From Pseudomonadota bacterium (GTDB lineage Bacteria > Pseudomonadota > Gammaproteobacteria > Pseudomonadales > JADFDG01), in the NCBI GenBank assembly GCA_049324475.1, contig JBMOOO010000016.1:71154-135153 (forward strand): 64,000 bases of DNA, given 5' to 3'. The notes under the pieces were generated by a model that saw only the letters and a list, made by a program, of their open reading frames with translations, was not told where the DNA came from and did not search any database. The stretch's first letter is position 1. The number at the start of each line of letters is the position of its first letter. Positions 59,481 to 64,000 of this stretch are shown one piece after another. A program made the translations under genes and the position numbers.

Positions 59481-60683
59481 CTACCGGCCGGTGCGAGGCG
59501 ACGCGGCAACTCCGCGAGGCGGCAACGCCCGGGCCAGCACCAGCAGGCCGGTGACCGCCGATGCCAGCGTGCCCAGCAGGATGCCCAGCCGGGCCTGGTC
59601 GATGAAGACACTGTCCGGCGGCCAGGCCAGCGTGGCGATGAACAGGCTCATGGTGAAGCCGATCCCGCACAGCAGCGAAACGCCGTACAGCTGCGCCAGG
59701 CTGGTACCGGTGGGCAGGCGCGCCATGCCGGTGCGGATCACCAGCAGGGCCACCACGAAAACGCCGATCTGCTTGCCGAGAAACAGGCCCAGCGCCACGC
59801 CGGCCGTCACCGGTTGCAGCAGGGTATCCACCGTCACGCCGGCCAGCGGCACACCGGCATTGGCGAACGCGAACACCGGCACGATGAAGAGTGCCACCCA
59901 GGGCTGCAGCTCATGCTCCAGCGCGCGCGCCGGCGAGCTGCCGTTGCCGGCACGCAGTGGCATGCACAACGCCAGCAGCACGCCGGCCAGCGTCGCATGC
60001 ACGCCGGACTTGAGCACGAAGCTCCACATGAAAAAGCCGACCAGCAGATAGGCCGACATGCGCACCACGCCCAGCCGGTTCATCAGCACCAGCAGCGCCA
60101 GCGCCGCACCGGCCAGCAGGAACGACAGCGCCGACAGCTGGCTGGTATAGAAAACGGCGATCACCACAATGGCGCCGAGGTCGTCGAAGATCGCCACCGA
60201 CAGCAGGAATACCTTGAGCGCCACCGGCACCCGCGCACCGAACAGGCTGAGCACGCCCAGCGCGAAGGCGATGTCGGTCGCCGAGGGAATCGCCCAGCCG
60301 TGCACGGCATCGCCGGCGTCGAGGGTCAGCCAGGCGAAGAGGCCGGCCGGCACCGCCATGCCGCCGAGCGCAGCCAGGGCCGGCAGCAGCAACTGGCCGG
60401 GCCTCGCCAGCTCGCCTTCCAGGAATTCACGCTTGATCTCCAGCCCGACCATGAAGAAAAACACGGCCATCAGGCCATCGTTGATCCACAGCAACAGCGG
60501 CTTCTCGATGGCCAGCGGCCCGAGGCGGATCGTGCCCCGGACGTCGAGCAGGGCCTGGTAGTGCGCCTGCAGCGGGCTGTTGGCGACCGCCAGTGCCGCC
60601 AGTGCGGCCAGTGCCAGCAGGATGCCGGCCAGGGTCTCGGGATGGATACGGGATGTGCCCGCGGGGGAAGGCCGGCTTGTCAT
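59481..60683 (-). CDS. nhaA: Na+/H+ antiporter NhaA
   Basis: Track ORF 59481..61538 trimmed to ATG 60683 (400 aa). WINDGLMAVFFFMVGLEIKRE, WAIPSATDIAFALGV, AIFDDLGAI, KSGVHATLAGV. Confidence 0.95.
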   Translation of the reverse strand: MTSRPSPAGTSRIHPETLAGILLALAALAALAVANSPLQAHYQALLDVRGTIRLGPLAIEKPLLLWINDGLMAVFFFMVGLEIKREFLEGELARPGQLLLPALAALGGMAVPAGLFAWLTLDAGDAVHGWAIPSATDIAFALGVLSLFGARVPVALKVFLLSVAIFDDLGAIVVIAVFYTSQLSALSFLLAGAALALLVLMNRLGVVRMSAYLLVGFFMWSFVLKSGVHATLAGVLLALCMPLRAGNGSSPARALEHELQPWVALFIVPVFAFANAGVPLAGVTVDTLLQPVTAGVALGLFLGKQIGVFVVALLVIRTGMARLPTGTSLAQLYGVSLLCGIGFTMSLFIATLAWPPDSVFIDQARLGILLGTLASAVTGLLVLARALPPRGVAASPRTGR

Positions 60684-60710
60684 GCCGGCCAGTCTAGCCG
60701 GTAAGGGCGC

Positions 60711-60719
60711 TGATAGAAT
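60711..60719 (+). promoter_or_regulatory. possible extended -10 (TGaTAGAAT) for the X-ubiE-ubiJ-ubiB operon
   Basis: TGATAGAAT + CGCGGC, 70 nt upstream of ATG 60789, in the divergent nhaA/X intergenic region. Confidence 0.35.
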
Positions 60720-60788
60720 CGCGGCCCGTCTCTCCCACAGCCGCGCACGGCCGCCGTGCCGCCGCGGCCGGATCGCCCCGGATTCGCC

Positions 60789-61499
60789 ATGTCGGCCGCC
60801 GAAGACCTGCGCCACCAGCTGGACCGCTACCGCAGACTGCGCCAGCACTCCGATGCCGCATTCCGCGCGCGGCTGTATGCCCTGCAGGAATTCCAGGCCC
60901 GCCGGCTTCGGCACACCCACGCCGGGCTGGTGGACGATCCCGCCACCCGCGACGCCGCCATGCTGTTCCTGACCGACATCTACGGCGGCATCGACCTGCT
61001 GCCGATGGCGGAAGAAATCGAACGCGCACTGCCGCTGGCCACGCGCCTGCTGCCGGACAACGTGCTGGCCACCTCGGCCACCGCGGCCGGCATCATGACG
61101 CTCACCCAGGAACTGGACGAACAGCTGGCCACCCTGCTGTTCGAGCAGCGCCGCATCGAAACCCTCACCGCTGCCGCCTACACCGATGCGTTCCGGGCCA
61201 TGGGCCGCTTTGACGACCGTGCACGCCAGCTGCAGCTGGCCACCGAACTCGGCCACGGCCTGGATCGCTACGTGCGCAGCCGGCTGGTGTATGCCACTTT
61301 CCGCATGGCCCGCCGGCCGGCACACAGGTACGGGCTCGGCACGCTGTACGATTTCCTCGAACGCGGTTTTGCTGCCATGCGGCCGCTGGGCAGCACGCAG
61401 ACCCTGTTCGCACGCATGACCGGCGCCGAGCAGGACATCCTCGGACGCATCGCCGGCGGCGATCCCGATCCCTTCCTTCTCCAGGGGCAGGCACTGTGA
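60789..61499 (+). CDS. hypothetical helical protein translationally coupled to ubiE
   Basis: ORF 60756 (GTG) trimmed to ATG 60789. Coding-like third-position GC. The stop overlaps the ubiE GTG start (GTGA). No domain recognised with confidence. Confidence 0.6.
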   Translation: MSAAEDLRHQLDRYRRLRQHSDAAFRARLYALQEFQARRLRHTHAGLVDDPATRDAAMLFLTDIYGGIDLLPMAEEIERALPLATRLLPDNVLATSATAAGIMTLTQELDEQLATLLFEQRRIETLTAAAYTDAFRAMGRFDDRARQLQLATELGHGLDRYVRSRLVYATFRMARRPAHRYGLGTLYDFLERGFAAMRPLGSTQTLFARMTGAEQDILGRIAGGDPDPFLLQGQAL

Positions 61500-62278
61500 A
61501 CGACCCGAAGGACTCCACAACGCCACCGGATTCCGCACAGGAAACCACCCACTTCGGTTTCCGCACTGTGCCGCGCGAAGAGAAACAGCAGCGCGTGGCC
61601 GGTGTGTTCCATTCGGTCGCGCAGAAGTACGACCTGATGAACGACCTGATGTCGATGGGCGTACACCGGCTGTGGAAGCGTTTCACGCTGGAAGTGAGCG
61701 GCCTGCGGCCGGGCCACCGGGTGCTGGATCTCGCCGCCGGCACCGGCGATCTGTCGATGCTGTTCGCCGACCGCGTCGGCCCGACCGGCACCGTGGTGAT
61801 GTCCGACATCAACGAATCCATGCTGGGTGTCGGCCGCGATCGCCTCACCGACCGCGGCTATGCCGGCAATGTGGAATTCGTGCAGGCCAATGCCGAGAAA
61901 CTGCCGTTCGCCGACAACAGCTTCGACCTGGTGACCATCGGCTTCGGCCTGCGCAACGTCACTGACAAGGACGCCGCGCTGGCGGAGATGGCCCGCGTGG
62001 CGAAACCGGGCGGGCGCGTGATGGTGCTGGAATTCTCGAAACCGGTGATCGAACCGCTGTCGCGCCTGTACGACATCTATTCCTTCAGCGTGCTGCCGCG
62101 ACTGGGGCAGATGGTGACCGGTGACGCCGACAGCTACCGTTACCTGGCGGAATCGATCCGCATGCACCCGGACCAGCAGACACTGAAGGCCATGATGGAA
62201 AAAGCCGGCCTGGTGCGCTGCGAGTACTTCAACATGACCGGCGGCATTGTCGCCCTGCATCGCGGGTTCAAACCATGA
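61496..62278 (+). CDS. ubiE: demethylmenaquinone / 2-methoxy-6-polyprenyl-1,4-benzoquinol methyltransferase
   Basis: [54 protein letters not shown]. Confidence 0.96.
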   Translation: MNDPKDSTTPPDSAQETTHFGFRTVPREEKQQRVAGVFHSVAQKYDLMNDLMSMGVHRLWKRFTLEVSGLRPGHRVLDLAAGTGDLSMLFADRVGPTGTVVMSDINESMLGVGRDRLTDRGYAGNVEFVQANAEKLPFADNSFDLVTIGFGLRNVTDKDAALAEMARVAKPGGRVMVLEFSKPVIEPLSRLYDIYSFSVLPRLGQMVTGDADSYRYLAESIRMHPDQQTLKAMMEKAGLVRCEYFNMTGGIVALHRGFKP

Positions 62279-62964
62279 ACGACACACCGCGCCGCGGATC
62301 GTTGCGGGACGCCGCCGGTGCCGGCGGCGTGATGGCGCCGGTCTATGCGCTGATCGAACGTGCCATCAACGATGCGCTGCGCTATGACCCGGCCACCCGC
62401 CAGCGGCTGGCCGCCCACAAGGGCCGGGTGCTGGCCATCGAATGCCGGCAACCGCCGCTCAATGCCTATTTCCTGCTCACCGCCGACGGCGTGGAAATCT
62501 ACGATTCCTGCGAAACCGAAGTCGATGCCACCCTCCGCGCCGGTGCCATCGGCCTGCTGCGCCAGCTGGCCAGCGAACGGCCGGACATCGCACCGGCCGG
62601 CGGCGACATTGAAGTAGCCGGTGATACCCGGTTCGTGCAGGAACTGGTCGCCATTGCCCGGGACATCGACATCGACTGGGAAGAACCGCTGGCCCGCATC
62701 CTGGGCGACGTGGCCGCCCGCCAGGTGGGCGAACTGTTGCGCGGTGCTGCCGGCTTCGTGCGCCGCGCCGCGGTCAGCCTGCGCCAGAACAGCGAAGACT
62801 ACCTGCGCTACGAGCTGGGCGTGTTCCCGTCGAAACATGCCGTGCGCGAATTCCTGCGCGATGTCGACGAACTGAGGCTGGATACCGACCGTGCCGCAGC
62901 CCGCATCGCGGCGCTGCGCGCGCGTGTGGCGGCCCGCGAAACCGGCGGGGAGCGCAAGGCGTGA
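62275..62964 (+). CDS. ubiJ: ubiquinone biosynthesis accessory factor UbiJ (SCP2 domain)
   Basis: Sits between ubiE and ubiB with ATGA/GTGA overlaps. SCP2-like N-terminal half ([25 protein letters not shown]...) and a helical C-terminus. Confidence 0.8.
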   Translation: MNDTPRRGSLRDAAGAGGVMAPVYALIERAINDALRYDPATRQRLAAHKGRVLAIECRQPPLNAYFLLTADGVEIYDSCETEVDATLRAGAIGLLRQLASERPDIAPAGGDIEVAGDTRFVQELVAIARDIDIDWEEPLARILGDVAARQVGELLRGAAGFVRRAAVSLRQNSEDYLRYELGVFPSKHAVREFLRDVDELRLDTDRAAARIAALRARVAARETGGERKA

Positions 62965-64000
62965 CGGCAGTGCGCGAACTGCGGCGCATCCTCACCGTAC
63001 TGGATACGGTGGCACGCTACCGGCTGCTGGCCCTGCTGCCGGGGCATCCGCTGCTGCTGCCGGTGCGCCTGCTGCTGTGGCTGTTCCCCGGCCGCTGGCT
63101 GCCGGCGCCGGCCGTGCCGGAACCGGCGCGGCTGCGCCATGCGCTGCAGGAACTCGGGCCGATCTTCGTCAAGCTCGGCCAGTTGCTGGCCACGCGACGG
63201 GACCTGTTCGACGACGCCGTCTGCGACGAACTGGCAAAGCTGCAGGACCAGGTAGCGCCGTTCCCCGATGCGGAAGCGCACCGCCTGATCGCGCAGCACC
63301 TGGGCGTTGCACCGCACACCGTCTTTGCCCATATCGACGAACGCGCACTGGCGAGCGCATCGCTGGCGCAAGTCTACGGCGCACGCCTGCTGGACGGCGC
63401 CGACGTGGTGATCAAGCTGCTGCGGCCCGGCATCCGGACCGTCATCGAAGCGGACCTGGCCGTGATGCGACGCATGGCGCACCTGCTGGAAAATGTCTGG
63501 CCGGATGCCCGGCTGTTCCGGCCATCCCGTGTCGTCGAGCAGTACGCGGACACCATCCATGCCGAGATCGACCTGCGGCTGGAAGCACAGAACAGCGAAC
63601 GCATGCGCAAATGCTTCCGGGACTCGCCGCTGCTGTACGTGCCGCCCATGCACATGGCACTGGTGCGTGAGGAAATGCTGGTGCAGGAGCGCATGTACGG
63701 TGTGCCGGTGACCGATGTCGCCACACTGGAATCGCTGGGCATCGAGCGGCGGCAGCTGGCCGAGCGCGGCGTGGAAATCTTCTTCACCCAGGTATTCCGC
63801 GACAACTTTTTCCATGCCGACATGCACCCGGGCAACATCTTCGTGTCCCGTGCTCATCCGGAAGCGCCACAGTACCTGGCCATCGACTGCGCCATCGCCG
63901 GCAGCCTGACCCGGGCCGACCAGCTGCTGCTGGCACGCCTGACGCTGGCCCTGATCCAGCGCGACTGGCAACGTCTGGTCAGGCTGGTGGATGAAGCCGG
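62961..64000 (+). CDS. ubiB: ubiquinone biosynthesis regulatory kinase-like protein UbiB, 3' end outside window
   Basis: Not in the ORF track because the frame stays open to the window end. My translation from GTG 62961 gives LQELGPIFVKLGQLLATRRDLF, ASASLAQVYGA, VIKLLRPGI, FFHADMHPGNIFV. Confidence 0.93.
   Translation, partial: MTAVRELRRILTVLDTVARYRLLALLPGHPLLLPVRLLLWLFPGRWLPAPAVPEPARLRHALQELGPIFVKLGQLLATRRDLFDDAVCDELAKLQDQVAPFPDAEAHRLIAQHLGVAPHTVFAHIDERALASASLAQVYGARLLDGADVVIKLLRPGIRTVIEADLAVMRRMAHLLENVWPDARLFRPSRVVEQYADTIHAEIDLRLEAQNSERMRKCFRDSPLLYVPPMHMALVREEMLVQERMYGVPVTDVATLESLGIERRQLAERGVEIFFTQVFRDNFFHADMHPGNIFVSRAHPEAPQYLAIDCAIAGSLTRADQLLLARLTLALIQRDWQRLVRLVDEA

Noticed and set aside
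60684-61538. N-terminal 285-aa extension of the nhaA ORF
   Set aside because: It is antisense to the gene upstream of ubiE. The NhaA homology begins at ATG 60683.

Overview
High-GC (by eye about two-thirds G+C, not computed) gammaproteobacterial chromosomal segment. It is densely coding, with about 60 CDS. I recognised no rRNA, tRNA, CRISPR, integrase, transposase or phage genes. Content is mostly core and housekeeping. In order: a Znu-like metal ABC uptake cluster with a TonB-like protein; two acyl-CoA dehydrogenases; a bioBFHCD operon divergent from comF; srkA; ahpCF preceded by an OxyR-type box; an OmpA-family protein followed by a 744-aa lipoprotein built from 15 thrombospondin type-3-like Ca-binding repeat units; an MBL hydrolase; DUF4279-cysC; a desaturase-like membrane protein; yajQ/slyX/GGDEF; and a tightly packed envelope-related operon. 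Next comes the block hemE-gltDB-(AAA+SPOR)-aroBK-pilQPONM / ponA-maeB-rpmE / priA-argS-SPOR-hslVU, whose order matches what I recall for Pseudomonas aeruginosa PA5034-PA5054. The window ends with purEK, nhaA and a translationally coupled X-ubiE-ubiJ-ubiB operon; ubiB runs off the 3' edge. Many very long ORFs in the six-frame track are antisense or shadow frames typical of high-GC DNA and were rejected. I do not see a convincing defence-island-like, mobile or otherwise clearly novel multi-gene system. The most unusual items are the TSP3-repeat lipoprotein/OmpA pair, a multi-domain DUF805 membrane protein, the DUF4279-cysC coupling, the lipoprotein-DUF2834-ADC-like-glucosaminidase operon, and the uncharacterised gene coupled to ubiE. 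All family assignments come from motif recognition by eye; no searches were run.
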